DNA from: Octopus sinensis
Lineage: Eukaryota
Direction: 5' to 3'
DNA length: 53,933 nt
Assembly: GCF_006345805.1 (NCBI RefSeq)
Contig: NW_021835412.1
Coordinates: 1-53,933 of the forward strand
The position numbers and the translations under genes are program-made. Of the stretch, positions 34,959-46,277 are shown piece after piece. Every line of letters begins with the position of its first letter. The first letter of the stretch is position 1. The notes under the pieces are model-generated. The model was given only the letters and a program-made list of their open reading frames with translations, did not search any database and was not told where the DNA came from.

Positions 34959-34960
<2 letters not shown>
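32714..34960 (-). mobile_element. 5'-truncated Penelope-like element (RT + Cys-rich linker + GIY-YIG endonuclease + 3' pseudo-LTR), pseudogenised
   Basis: IPHHEGLRALQHFLD...ELVLSLNCFSF, GVAMGT*MGPNYANLFVG, FIDD, SFLDI, IPYSQFLRLRRLCS, LTYHP, CSRPRCRTCPY, TCTSSNIIYCISCSLCHSLYIGQTGRRL, HLRDIR, REQELIFSLRSFTPFGLN; stops and frameshifts; (TA)n on both sides. Confidence 0.92.
32814..32847 (-). ncRNA. PLE-associated minimal hammerhead motif, core variant CUGUCGA
   Basis: Minus strand TTT|CTGTCGA|A|GAG-CGTAGT-CTC|GAAA|CG-TA|AAA; palindromic ACGT helix III, GUA triplet; A6 replaced by U. Confidence 0.55.
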
Positions 34961-34992
<32 letters not shown>

Positions 34993-35048
34993 CAATTGAG
35001 GATAAAATCTTTAAAAGAAATTGGTATCTACGAATAGTAGTACCCTCA

Positions 35049-35103
<55 letters not shown>

Positions 35104-35114
35104 ATATATATATT

Positions 35115-35262
35115 AATTCTGCCGAGGTGACTTTGCCTTTCATCCTTTCGGGGTCGATAAATTAAGTACCAGTTACGCACTGGGGTCGATGTAATCGACT
35201 TAATCCCTTTGTCTGTCCTTGTTTGTCCCCTCTTGTGTTTAGCCCCTTGTGGGTAGTAAAGA

Positions 35263-35264
<2 letters not shown>
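35115..35264 (+). mobile_element. SINE family A, 5'-truncated (tail A1)
   Basis: aattctgccgaggtgactttgcc...gggtagtaaagaa. Confidence 0.85.
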
Positions 35265-35294
<30 letters not shown>

Positions 35295-35324
35295 TATAAT
35301 ATATATATATATCTATTATATATC

Positions 35325-35393
35325 ATTATTATCATCGTTTAACGTCCGCTTTCCATGCTAGCATGAGTTGGACGATTTTGACTGAGGGCTGGC

Positions 35394-35451
<58 letters not shown>

Positions 35452-35750
35452 ATGTATGTGTATATACGTGTATAAAAACATTATACTTCCCGGCTGGACC
35501 CCTAACGTGACCATTTGAGATCTATGGCTATTGGTCAACTCAGAGGTCTCCTGTCGGTTGGCTCGACTTCAAGAATCCTTATTGAAATTCGTTTCGGCGG
35601 CATCCTAATTACATGTCCGTAATACTGCAGCTGTGACTGCATAATGCGGAGAAGTAGCCGCTCGATCTGGAGAGACTTCTTGATTTCCGAGCTACGCATA
35701 TTTCAAGTTACGTTACATCAGAAATCCTTCGAAGGAACTTCCATTCGACC
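35325..35750 (-). mobile_element. RTE LINE 3' fragment split by (TA)n
   Basis: AVEWKFLRRISDVT / RSSEIKKSLQIERLLLRIMQSQLQYYGHVIRMPPKR...RRP; 3' tail catgctagcatggaaagcggacgttaaacgatgat at 35325-35395. Confidence 0.75.
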
Positions 35751-35752
35751 GC

Positions 35753-35979
35753 TTTTATTTACTCTTTACTCTTTTACTTGTTTCAGTCATTTGACTGCGG
35801 CCATGCTGAGCACCGCCTTTAGTCGAGCAAATCGACCCAGGGACTTATTCTTTGTAAGCCCAGTACTTATTCTATCGGTCTCTTTTGCCGAACCGCTAAG
35901 TGACGGGGACATAAACACACCAGCATCGGTTGTCAAGCAATGCTAGGGGAACAAACACAGACACACAAACACATACACA

Positions 35980-36021
<42 letters not shown>

Positions 36022-36055
36022 ACACACACAAACACCACACACACACCACACACAC

Positions 36056-36091
<36 letters not shown>

Positions 36092-36264
36092 CATATACAT
36101 ACATATATACGACAGGCTTCTTTCAGTTTCCGTCTACCAAATCCACTCACAAGGCATTGGTCGGCCCGGGGCTATAGCAGAAGACACTTGCCCAAGATGC
36201 CACGCAGTGGGACTGAACCCGGAACAATGTGGTTGGTCAGCAAGCTACTTACCACACAGCCACT
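35753..36264 (-). mobile_element. SINE family B, full length with expanded internal microsatellite
   Basis: Close match to the family B consensus. Confidence 0.9.
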
Positions 36265-36689
36265 TTTTTTTTGTCACTACCCAACATTCATGACCACATT
36301 TGAAAATCGAGAAAACCGAACTGAAGATTGAGAGCTTGGCATTCTCCTTAACAACTTTTCGTCTGAGGATCGAATGATGGAGCTGGTGCATCGCTGTTGT
36401 CAGCTCCTGCAATTGGGTGGTTCAGTACTCGAAAAACAGATGCTCATCGCCAAAACCGACTGAGGATCTATTACCATTAAATTGGTTGGGAATAATAATT
36501 ACCATTATTAATTAATGCGCCATAAAAGAAACCATTTAAAATGCAATAAACCATTATTAATCAATGCGTCAGTGGAATTGTTCATATTTTATTAAAATTT
36601 GCGAATTGAGCTTCATTTCGTAATAGTCATACCAGAGTTATATAATAGTAACAACAACAACAATCTTTTCTACTATAGGCAGAAAGTCT

Positions 36690-36815
36690 GAAATATTGGA
36701 GGGAGGAGATAAGTCGATTACATTAACTCAGTGCTCAACTGGTACTTACTTTATCGACCCTGAGAGAATGAAGCTAAAGATGGACCAGCGTGCTAGTGAT
36801 TCTCTTCTGTTAGCT
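36690..36815 (-). mobile_element. Diverged SINE family A fragment
   Basis: ataagtcgattacatt...actggtacttactttatcgaccctgagagaatgaag. Confidence 0.65.
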
Positions 36816-36819
36816 TGCC

Positions 36820-36882
<63 letters not shown>

Positions 36883-37981
36883 TCGAATGACTGGATGCTA
36901 AAGCTCGTGGAAAATCACGAGAGACGAAAGAAGCTTCATTCTATCATCAAGGAAAGCAAAATATTTGCTATTGATCTCGTGCAGGATACCCAAACTGAAC
37001 AACCCGAGGGAAGTACGGCAACTATTGCTGCAAAGAAGGTGAAAATGATGGCAATGAAAAAAGCGCACGAGCAATTGGCTGATAGGTGGGAGGAGAAACC
37101 TCTGCACGGCAAATATGTGACCCGCAGCAAACAAGCTGATGTTGACCAGAAGCAAACCCATCAGGGCTAAAAGCAGAGAGCGAAGGTTTCATCCTGGCTG
37201 CTCAAGACCAAAGCCTATCAACCCGGAACTACCAGGCCAATGTGATGAAAAATGGAGCAGACCCAAAATGCCGATTCTGCAACGACATGATTGAAACAGT
37301 GGACCACCTAATCTCTGGATGTAAAGTCTTAGCACCAGTGGAGTATAAATTAAGACATGACAGAGTTGGCCAATATCTCCACTGGCTAATAAGTCGGCAT
37401 TACAATATCAAAACTGCCGACAAGTGGTATAATCACCACCCTGAGGCTGTAACTGAAGGAGAAAATGTAACCATTCTGTGGACTTTCCAGTACATACAGA
37501 CCGAACCATCAAGGCCAATAAACCAGATATTGTTGTGAAAGACCAAACAATAAAGTTTGCTTATTGATCGACATGAGCATCCCCTGTGATCATAATATCT
37601 CAGCGAAAGAGTTTGACAAGCTCAGAAAATATAAAGACCTACTCATTGAAATTGAGAAAATGTGGCATCTCAAGGCGGTTACAATACCAGTGATCGTAGG
37701 AGCACTAGGAATGATCAAGAAGGGAACCAAAAATTATATGAGAATGATCCCTGGCTTACCATCCCTGCAAGAAGTGCAAAAGATTGTCTTAACTGGTACA
37801 CACACGTATTGAGAAGAGCATTGTCGATGTGAGAACTGTCTGCCTCATGCATTTTAATTTAACTTAAAAAAAAAAAAAAAAAAAAATTAACGAACTACTG
37901 AGTTTGTTTAATGGCCTACCAATATACACTATGAGTTTCTTTGCAAGAAATGGAAGAAATTTTGAAAGAAGAAAAAAAAAG
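36883..37981 (+). mobile_element. 5'-truncated R4/Dong LINE (subfamily c), first unit of a tandem array
   Basis: WEEKPLHGKY, LKAESEGFILAAQDQ, CRFCNDMIETVDHLISGCKVLAPVEYKLRHDRVG, KANKPDIVV, IDMSIPCD...FDKLRKYKDL...IPVIVGALG; (AAT)n on both sides. Confidence 0.92.
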
Positions 37982-38035
37982 TAATAATAATAATAATAAT
38001 AATAATAATATAATAATAATAATAATATAATAATA

Positions 38036-38525
38036 AACCGGATATTATTATAAAAGATCAGACAAAAAGGATGTGTTTATTAATTGACATGAGTATTCCC
38101 TGTGATCACAATATAGTGGCGAAAGAATTTGACAAGATTAGTAAATATAAAGACGAGCTAATAGAAATTGAAAAAACGTGGCATCTCAAGGCGACTACAG
38201 TACCAGTGATTGTTAGGATCTCTGGGAATGATAAAAAAAAAGGTGCTGAAACCTATTTGAAAACGATTCCAGGCTTACCATCCCTACAGGAAGTGCAAAA
38301 ACTCGTATTAACTGGAACGGCTCATGTACTGAGAAGAGCACTATCGCTGTGAAAATAACATCCATCCATGAATTTATTTATTTATTTATCAATTTTTAAA
38401 TACATATTTATCTGTGAATTTGCGTGTGTAATCTGGGAATGCATACAATGAACTTCTCTGCCCTAGGTGTATGGAAAACACTCGGCGAAAAACGGAAGAA
38501 AATTTTAAGAAAGAAGGAAAAAACA
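38036..38525 (+). mobile_element. R4/Dong 3' fragment (subfamily d), second unit of the array
   Basis: PDIIIKD...CLLIDMSIPCDHNIVAKEFDKISKYKDE...LQEVQKLVLTGTAHVLRRALSL*; distinct 3' UTR. Confidence 0.9.
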
Positions 38526-38533
38526 TAATAATA

Positions 38534-38600
<67 letters not shown>

Positions 38601-38843
38601 CCCTGCAAGAAGTGCAAAATATTGTCTTAACTGGTACATCACACGTATGAGAAGAGCATTGTCGATGTGAGAATATTACTACCCATGTATTTCAATTTAA
38701 CTTAAAAAAAAATGAACGAACTAGTGAGTTAGTTTAATGGCTACCAATGTATACTATGAGTTCTTTGCCCTAGGAGTCGGGAAGACATCGGCAAGAAATG
38801 GAAGCAAATTTGAAAGAAGAAGAAAAAAAAAGAAACAACAACA
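38601..38843 (+). mobile_element. R4/Dong 3' tip (subfamily c), third unit of the array
   Basis: Starts ccctgcaagaagtgcaaaa (LQEVQ); 3' UTR homologous to 37830-37981. Confidence 0.88.
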
Positions 38844-38881
38844 ATATAATAATAGTAGTAGTAATAATAATAATAATAATA

Positions 38882-38922
<41 letters not shown>

Positions 38923-39278
38923 CAACAACAACAACAACAATAATGGTAATGAAGAGGAGGGAGAGGTGGTTAGCAAGTCTTGTGTTATAAGAGGCCAACA
39001 AAATTGCTGCCCAATGTTCAATGGTTTGTATTTATTCTGCCACTGTTACTGGGAAACGCATGAAATAGCCCATGATTTCGTTTGCGAAGCTATTAACTAT
39101 GTTTGCCCCATGCGATAGCTTCAGTTTACGAGCCTAAGCAGGAGCTAAGGTCTGTATAATTGACGAGTATTTTATTAAATTCCGAAGTCAATTCCCAACT
39201 GTTAAATGAGCTACATTTTTATATTAATGTCATCAAATATAGCGTTATTATGCTTTATATAAGTTGCCAAGTAATTTT

Positions 39279-39558
39279 ATCGTGACGTATATTTGCCAGT
39301 TAAATATGTCTAACCCCCAAGGGTGGATTCTACTGTAGTTTGTAGCCCCAGGAGGACACCTCCTCCAGCTGGCTATAGACACACTTTCTGTGCCCTATCA
39401 GTATTTGCAAAGGGAAGCCATCGTTCCTGCAAATACTGATAAGGCACAGAAAGTGTGTCTATAGCCAGCTGGAGGAGGTGTCCTATTGGGGCTACAAACT
39501 ACAGTAGCATCTACCCTTAGGGGTTAACCATATTTATATGGCAAATATACGTCACGAT
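39279..39558. repeat. 280-bp foldback / MITE-like inverted repeat
   Basis: Arms about 39279-39409 and 39428-39558, from atcgtgacgtatatttgcca to tggcaaatatacgtcacgat; few mismatches. Confidence 0.9.
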
Positions 39559-39639
39559 GTGTTGCAGCTACTGTTTATAACTCGCTCTAAGATTTATTAT
39601 TGCGAGTAATTTTAATTATTCAGTATTACACTGGAGGTG

Positions 39640-39865
39640 AGAATTATATCGACTCCAATGCGTAACTGGTACTTATTTAATCGACCCCGAAAGGGCATGT
39701 TGGTGTAAGTGTATATATATAAACGACGGACTTCCACTCACAAGGCATTAGTTGGCTTGAGGCTGTAGTAGAAAACACATAACCAACTTGCCGCATTGTG
39801 GGGCTGAACTTGAAACCACTTGGCTGCAAAGCGAGAATCTTCACAACACAACCAGTTATGCTTAT
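39640..39865 (-). mobile_element. Chimeric remnant: SINE A core joined to SINE B 5' half
   Basis: tcgactccaatgcgtaactggtacttattt (A), then ccactcacaaggcattagttggc...ccgcattgtggggctgaac (B). Confidence 0.55.
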
Positions 39866-39924
39866 ATTTTCATCATGGTGGAGGGGATGATCAAATAAAT
39901 CAGGTTTGACCACAGAGGAATGTA

Positions 39925-40003
39925 ATGCCTGCAATGGGTTTCGAACCAACAATCCACGGCTGGCTGCAAATACAAACGCATTTTCCCACTCGGCCATGTC
40001 ATC
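39925..40003 (-). pseudogene. tRNA-like head (pseudo-tRNA or orphan SINE head)
   Basis: Minus strand A-box TGGCCGAGTGG and B-box GGTTCGAAACC at tRNA-like spacing; no acceptor stem found. Confidence 0.45.
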
Positions 40004-40155
40004 TCTATTTTGGCAGAGTAACAGTTGATTCCTGTTTCGTTTTTGTTTTTCTTTTGTTTTGTTTAACAAAAGACTTCGTTGTTATTGTCACTATTAACAG
40101 CAATGAAATTCCATATTTGGTAAGAGTAAAATAACCACGACTACAGCCCTTCTTT

Positions 40156-40158
40156 GAC

Positions 40159-40198
<40 letters not shown>

Positions 40199-40502
40199 AC
40201 ACACACCTACACCCACACAAACGCACACACAGAGACATGCACACACATACACCCAGACACACACACGCACACACACACGCACACACACGCACACAACAAA
40301 CACACATACATACACATACACACATACGCACGCACGCACACAGACACACACACACATACACACGTACACACAAGCACAAACATACAGACAATCACACACA
40401 CCTACACCCACACAGACATGCACACACATACACACAGACACACAGACACACACACGCACGCACACACGTACACACACACAAACACAGACACACACAAACA
40501 TA
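40156..40502. repeat. Degenerate (CA)n tract
   Basis: Directly visible. Confidence 0.9.
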
Positions 40503-41097
40503 CAAAAATATAATTATGAAAGCGTGGGGGAAAGAAAAGCTGCCAATTGTAAGAAAGAAACAGTGTCCCGGCAATTTTCCAAATATTGGAATTTTCTGCA
40601 AAAATGGTTTTTAATTTAATTTGGACAAAATTTATTAAAATTCTTTTTTTTCTTCCTTCCTTCCTTTCTTTCATCCTTTCTTCCCTTCTTCGTGTGGTGG
40701 TGGTGGTGGCGGCGGTGTAGAGAGGAGGGTGTTCTTTTATATCTTCTAGTAATTCATCTTGTAGGACTATAGAAACATTTTTTTCCCTTTAATTCCTCGT
40801 GTTTACTTCCATACAGTGCTTTTCCAAACATTGCTGTTGTTGATATTGTTGTTGTTGTATCTGTTACTCTTCAGACCTTATGGGTATTTTTTATTCACAC
40901 CAGTTTCTAGTTTCATTCTTTCATTTTTTCTTCTTTTGTTTCCTTCTTCCATTTGTAATCTTCAACCTTCTTCCTATTCTTCTTTCTCATCTCGGTTTTT
41001 TTTTATTTAAATCATTTTTTCTAACTTTATGGATATGTCTTGGTTTTATTGTTTGATTTTTTTTTTTTACCTTTTCCACTTGTTTACCTTCCGTTTG

Positions 41098-41384
41098 TTT
41101 CTTTTCTTCTTCTTCTTCTTCTTCTTCTTCTTCTTCTTCTTCTTCTTCTTCTTCTCTTTCTTCTTCTCTTTCTTCTCTTTCTTCTTCTTCTTCTTCTTCT
41201 TCTCTTTCTTCTTCTCTTTCTCCTTATTCTTTTCTCTTTCTTCTTCTTCTTCTTCTCTTTCTTCTTCTACTTCTTCTTCTTCTTCTCTTTCTCCTTCTGC
41301 TTCTTCTTCTTCTTCTTCTTCTTCTTCTTCTCTTTTTCCTTATTCTGCTTCTCTTTCTCCTTCTTCTTCTTCTTCTCTTTTCTT

Positions 41385-41415
<31 letters not shown>

Positions 41416-41760
41416 TCTTTCTTCTTACTCCTCCTCCTCCTCCTCCTCCTCCTCCTCCTCTTCTTCTTCTTCTTCTTCTTCTCTTTCTCCTTCTTCTTCT
41501 TCTTCTTCTTCTTCTTCTTCTTCTTCTTCTATTTCTCCTTATTCTTCTTCATCATCATCATCATCATCATCAGAAAAAGAAGAATAAAAAGAGGATATCG
41601 GCTGCTAAATATTTCTCATCGCCGTCGTCGTCGTCGTCGTCCTCCTCCTCCTCCTCTCCTCCTCCACCTCCTCCTCCTCATCATCATCAGCATCATCGTC
41701 GTCATCACTGTCGTTCATCGTCGTCTTCATCATCATTCTACCTCATTTCAACGTCCATGG
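41098..41760. repeat. Long polypyrimidine (CTT)n/(CCT)n tract grading into (CAT)n/(CGT)n
   Basis: Directly visible. Confidence 0.9.
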
Positions 41761-42154
41761 TATTATCTTGAGCTCTCCTCCCTCTTCTCAATATCAATTA
41801 CTTCCTCCCCTCGATCATTGATTTTACTTGTTTATATTGTTGCTGTTATTATTACTGACGAAGGCAGCGACGGCAATTGTGGTGGTGGTGGTGGTGGGGG
41901 GGTAATTGTCGTCGTAGTCGTGTTCTTGTTCTTGATCTTCATGTTCTTGTTTGCTTTTTTTTTTTTTTTTTTGCATTTTAATACATTTCTTTTTTTTTCT
42001 GTTGTTATTGTTGATGCAAATTGTTGCTGCAAATGTTACTGGGGTTTTTTTGTTGCTGTTGTTATTGCTGTTACAATCGCTATTGTAGCTGCATATTCCC
42101 CTGCTGTATATGCTGTCGTTTGCATAACTATCATCATCATCATTATTATAATTA

Positions 42155-44673
42155 CACTGAGCAACAAAAAAAATTTTCGTCTGGTGCTTGGAATATTTCA
42201 ACGAGTTCTTAAGTGATTTTAACTGCTAAATTTTAAAAAAAACACGGATCTGTGGTCCATCAAAAATCCCTGCTTTAAGCTTTCCAATCGTGAAGCCTGG
42301 AAATACACTGCAGATATACTTGAAGCGCTCCCCATTTTTGTCAAGAGCTTTTTCTCTATCAGGTCTAGTTTTCTGACTAAACCTGATAGAGTAAGTATTT
42401 TACTCATACAAAAGGCATATAGTATGAATCAATAAAGAGAGCGTAACACAAAACAAAACGGAGTACAAATAAAAATTCAAAACTGAATATGCACATTGGT
42501 TAAGATTTTTGGCAGAAAATTCAAGGAATAAATTTGTGCTTCTTTGTGCACCGAGAATGTTGGGCAACAGGAGTATCTCCTGTCAAACATCAACAATAGT
42601 CTGCCATCATCACAGCATCCTGATGTCCTTTGTATCGTCTTTCCATCTCCTTGATATCCTGATGGAATCGTACGCCTTGTTTATCGCTAGCATCTCCGGG
42701 ATTTTCAGGAAAACGATCAAGATGATTAAAAAGATAATGCATTTTGATGCTCATATTCGCGCCAATGTCACGAAAAGTTGATATCAAGTTGGTAATAAGG
42801 TCTTTATAGAGGGCGGCGAGCTGGCAGAACCGTTAGCACGCCGGGCGAAATGCTTAGTGCTATTTCATCCGTCTTTACGTTCTGAGTTCAAATTCCGCCG
42901 AGATCGACTTTGCCTTTCATCCTTTCGGGATCGATAAATTAAGTACCAGTTGCGCACTGGGGTCGATCTAATCGACTGGCACCCTCCTCCAAAAATTTCG
43001 GGCTTGTGCCTAGAGTAGAAAAAAAATGGTCTTTATAGTTTTCACTTTTGTGTTTCCCCAAAAATTTTGCACTACTTCTGAAAAGGTTAGCCAAGCTGAT
43101 GCTTCATTTTCGCTCATTACTTTCACGAAATTTGTGTCCTTCAAGAGCTTACTTATCTGTGGTCCATCAAAAATCCCTGCTTTAAGCGTTTCAATCGTGA
43201 AGCCAGGAAATACACTGCAGATATACTTGAAGCACTCCTCATTTTCTCAAGAGCTTTGACGAATTGCTTGATCAATCCGAGCTTGATGTGCAAAAGAGGG
43301 AAAATGATCTTATCTCGCTCAACTAAACGTTCTTCCAATATATTGGCAGCTCTACATGGGTCCATATTTGTTCGAGGCGGCCAGTCTTTCTTAACATAGT
43401 GGTTTCCTTGGTCTCTACTGTCCCACATACATAGAAAACATGGGTATTTGTTATAACCGGATTGCTATCCCATGAGAAAATTCACCATCTTTAAGTCAAC
43501 GCAGATGATCCATTTATGGTCAATATACAGTATATTCTATATAACCAACCTAATTTCTTCATATTTTGTCTTCAGAGTTGTTGAATGGCCGAGTGGGACA
43601 GAGCCATACACATTTCCGTTGTGCAACAATACACATTTTAAGCTACGCTTAGAGCTGTCTATGGAACGACGCTATTCCTCTGATTTGTATTCCTCAATGC
43701 CAAGCTTATTAAGAAGTCCACTGCAATAGACCAGTTCTTCCTGTTTTGTGAAAAAAAAGAAAAGAAAGGAACTCTTCTTGCCAACTCCGATAAAATGTTG
43801 TATGGAGACCGTTCTCTAGAAGATTTTCTCATTCACTCGAGAAGCCAACAGTTCTGCAGAATTTTTGGGAGGTTCAAGTCACGAACTAGATCACTAGTTC
43901 GAATAGCTGAGGTAAAGTCTCAACTGAAATGTCTTGATCTCTAGTGTCATCTTCAGGTGATGAATCTTCTTTGGTTGAGGGTAAAGTTATCCGAGGCAAG
44001 ACATTGAAGACAGGAACAGGAAGCTCTTCACTGTGTGGAACCGGTCTAATAGCAGGGGCAAGATAATAGCAGAGGCAAAATAGACAAATCTTTGTCAATT
44101 TTTCCGGTTAATACCCTGGAAATTTAGGTTAAAAAATAGAAGTCATCCACGTGATTATAGGGCTCCTGTCATACCATTGGTATAGCAAACCTTATACTTT
44201 TCTTTGTCCTTTTAGTCCATTACCGCAAATGTTCAGTACATTATTTGCAGACACTATTCGGTGCCAATATTGGTGTCCCAGCTTGATTCCAAAATATGCC
44301 ATATACGCTCTTTCAACAAAATCAGTAATGCTTTTTCGATTTTACTGGCAATGTGTATTCTCCAGAAACATAAGAAAACACGTTTGGAGAATTAACGCAA
44401 CACTTTCTTGAGGAGGACATCTTGCTCATTTTATATTGCTTAGTTCACCACAACATCTAAAAAGTATGGAAAAAGGAAAAAAAATCAGATTTATAATAAG
44501 GTAACGAACATTGAGTACTGGACGTACACACATACATAGTGGTTATAGGGATTTCGATAACTTAAAAACTAGATCTGATAAGTCAAAAAGAATGTTATAT
44601 TTGGATTCGGTAGACCGATTTTGTATAGGAATGATGTCTATTTACTAAAGACCAAAAGACTTGTAGACCAGTG
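42155..44673 (-). mobile_element. Full-length decayed DNA transposon, Chapaev3-like (CMC group)
   Basis: Ends CACTG.../...CAGTG with TTA duplicated at 42152-54 and 44674-76; fragments AYMAYFGIKLG, FAIPMV*QEPYNHVDDFYF, AIRPVPHSEELPVP, LHIKLGLIKQFVKAL, GIFDGPQI, MSIKMHYLFNHLDRFPEN...FHQDIKEMERRY...MMADYC; family name from recalled motifs. Confidence 0.75.
42812..43026 (+). mobile_element. SINE family A (tail A2) inserted into the Chapaev-like transposase
   Basis: 11-bp TSD GGTCTTTATAG at 42799-42809 and 43028-43038. Confidence 0.9.
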
Positions 44674-44749
44674 TTATTTTCATTATTATTATTATTATTA
44701 TTATATTGTATTTTAAAAGGATTGACGTAGGTCTTCACCAAGGTAAACA

Positions 44750-44945
44750 GACAAGCCAAAGAGCGCAATGCGATTGCAATAGATATTTTATTGGTTGAAC
44801 GATATTTCGACAGCAAGCCTGTCTTTGTTGAATTTAAAATAAGAAGTGATAAAAATTCAAAATTATAGAAATTTAAATTTAAAGTATGAATGAGAGCAAC
44901 CAGCGTCTATACGTTGATGGAATGACATCATCAGACTTTAAAGAA
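44750..44945 (-). mobile_element. Family G copy 2 with decayed hammerhead
   Basis: Homologous to 11939-12125; minus strand GACAG-GCTTG-CTGTC|GAAA|TATC|GTTCAA followed by AATAAA. Confidence 0.55.
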
Positions 44946-45663
44946 AAAATAGAGGAAAGAAAAAAAACTACTGGCGGTGGTGGTGGTGGTGGTGGTCGTC
45001 GTCGTCGTCGTGGTCGTCGTGGTGGCGGCGGCGGTGGTGGTGGTGGTGGTGACAGTGGTGGTGGTGGTGGTGGTGGTGGTAACAGTGGTGGTGACAGTGG
45101 TGGTGGTGACAGTGGTGGTTGCAAGGGAAGAACAAGATGCAGGATAGCATGTGGCGGAATGCATTTGATCGTAGGTTTCTCTAAAAGTCAGTCCTAACCA
45201 AGGATTGACCCAGGGCTAAACAACGCTAACGATAACAACCACACCAACGGTGATAACAACAACAACAACAACAACAATAACGACGATGCCGACGACGATA
45301 GAAGCGGCAACAAAGACAATCTCACAATATCCAACCCTTTTATAAGTTATTCATTTGTGGCGGCCATGTGTGGGAAATGAAAAGAGAAGCGTAATTAAAA
45401 GGGCCAATTCTTTATACTTAATTATAGAGATCGTTTACTATTTACAAGTGCTCTCTCCTTCTTATGCTGATCTCACCCCTATTCACGTGACGTTTAGGGA
45501 TACCATTGAACCCCTTATTAATCCACTCAGGTGAATAATCTGAAGGTGGAATCGTTTAAAGTTCACCTTTATTATTACTACACACAATTCTCTATTTACA
45601 TTGCTGAATCTTTTTTGTTGTTGTTGTTGTTGTTGGTGTGCATTTCCTTTGAATTTTTTTGTT

Positions 45664-45733
<70 letters not shown>

Positions 45734-45766
45734 GTCATTATTATTACTATTATTATTATTATTATA

Positions 45767-46227
45767 GAGTGAGAGAGCAGTGCATGCCATCAAAGTGACA
45801 CTGGGGTAAAATATACGAAGCCCAGTATACCCATCATGGTTACCCGTCTGATAAGTGTACACCAGGCACATGCATCACAACCATATGGGCGCAACATGGT
45901 GATTTCATATCATGATAAACAGCACATGACCTTGCAGGTAGGGTCCAGTTAAGATTTTTTTCTGGTCGAGTAGCCCATCCCGCTCAAAAGGTCCCTGAAT
46001 AAGGGTTGTTTAAGGATATTGAACGAAACACTCATGTTTCCAGATGTGAATTATTCAAACCCAAAAGAATCCCTCTCAACACATGGCTATGATGCTCCCC
46101 CACTACTTCTGCTCGTGATCAGAGATGCACATTTCGTCAGCCACTAAGGGACATTCTCAACTGGTTAAGGTTAAACAACTGACAAGCAAATCTGTGGTAT
46201 TGAGCAGAATATTTGCTGTAGCCCATC

Positions 46228-46230
<3 letters not shown>
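45767..46230 (-). mobile_element. Family D copy, 5'-truncated
   Basis: Same fixed end gagtgagagagcagtgcatgcc at 45767; truncated at gcccatcttt into (TTA)n. Confidence 0.88.

Positions 46231-46275
<45 letters not shown>

Positions 46276-46277
<2 letters not shown>

Noticed and set aside
39925-40003. Possible functional tRNA gene
   Set aside because: A and B boxes are present but I find no acceptor stem and a poor anticodon stem; treated as a pseudo-tRNA or SINE head. tRNAscan-SE would decide.
41029-42216. 395-aa ORF, the longest in the window
   Set aside because: Poly-F/S/L/I from (CTT)n and other trinucleotide tracts; not coding.
44970-45120. (GGT)n/(GGC)n tract as a G-quadruplex or Gly-rich exon
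   Set aside because: Only GG doublets in a simple repeat, and there are no splice signals or flanking coding context.
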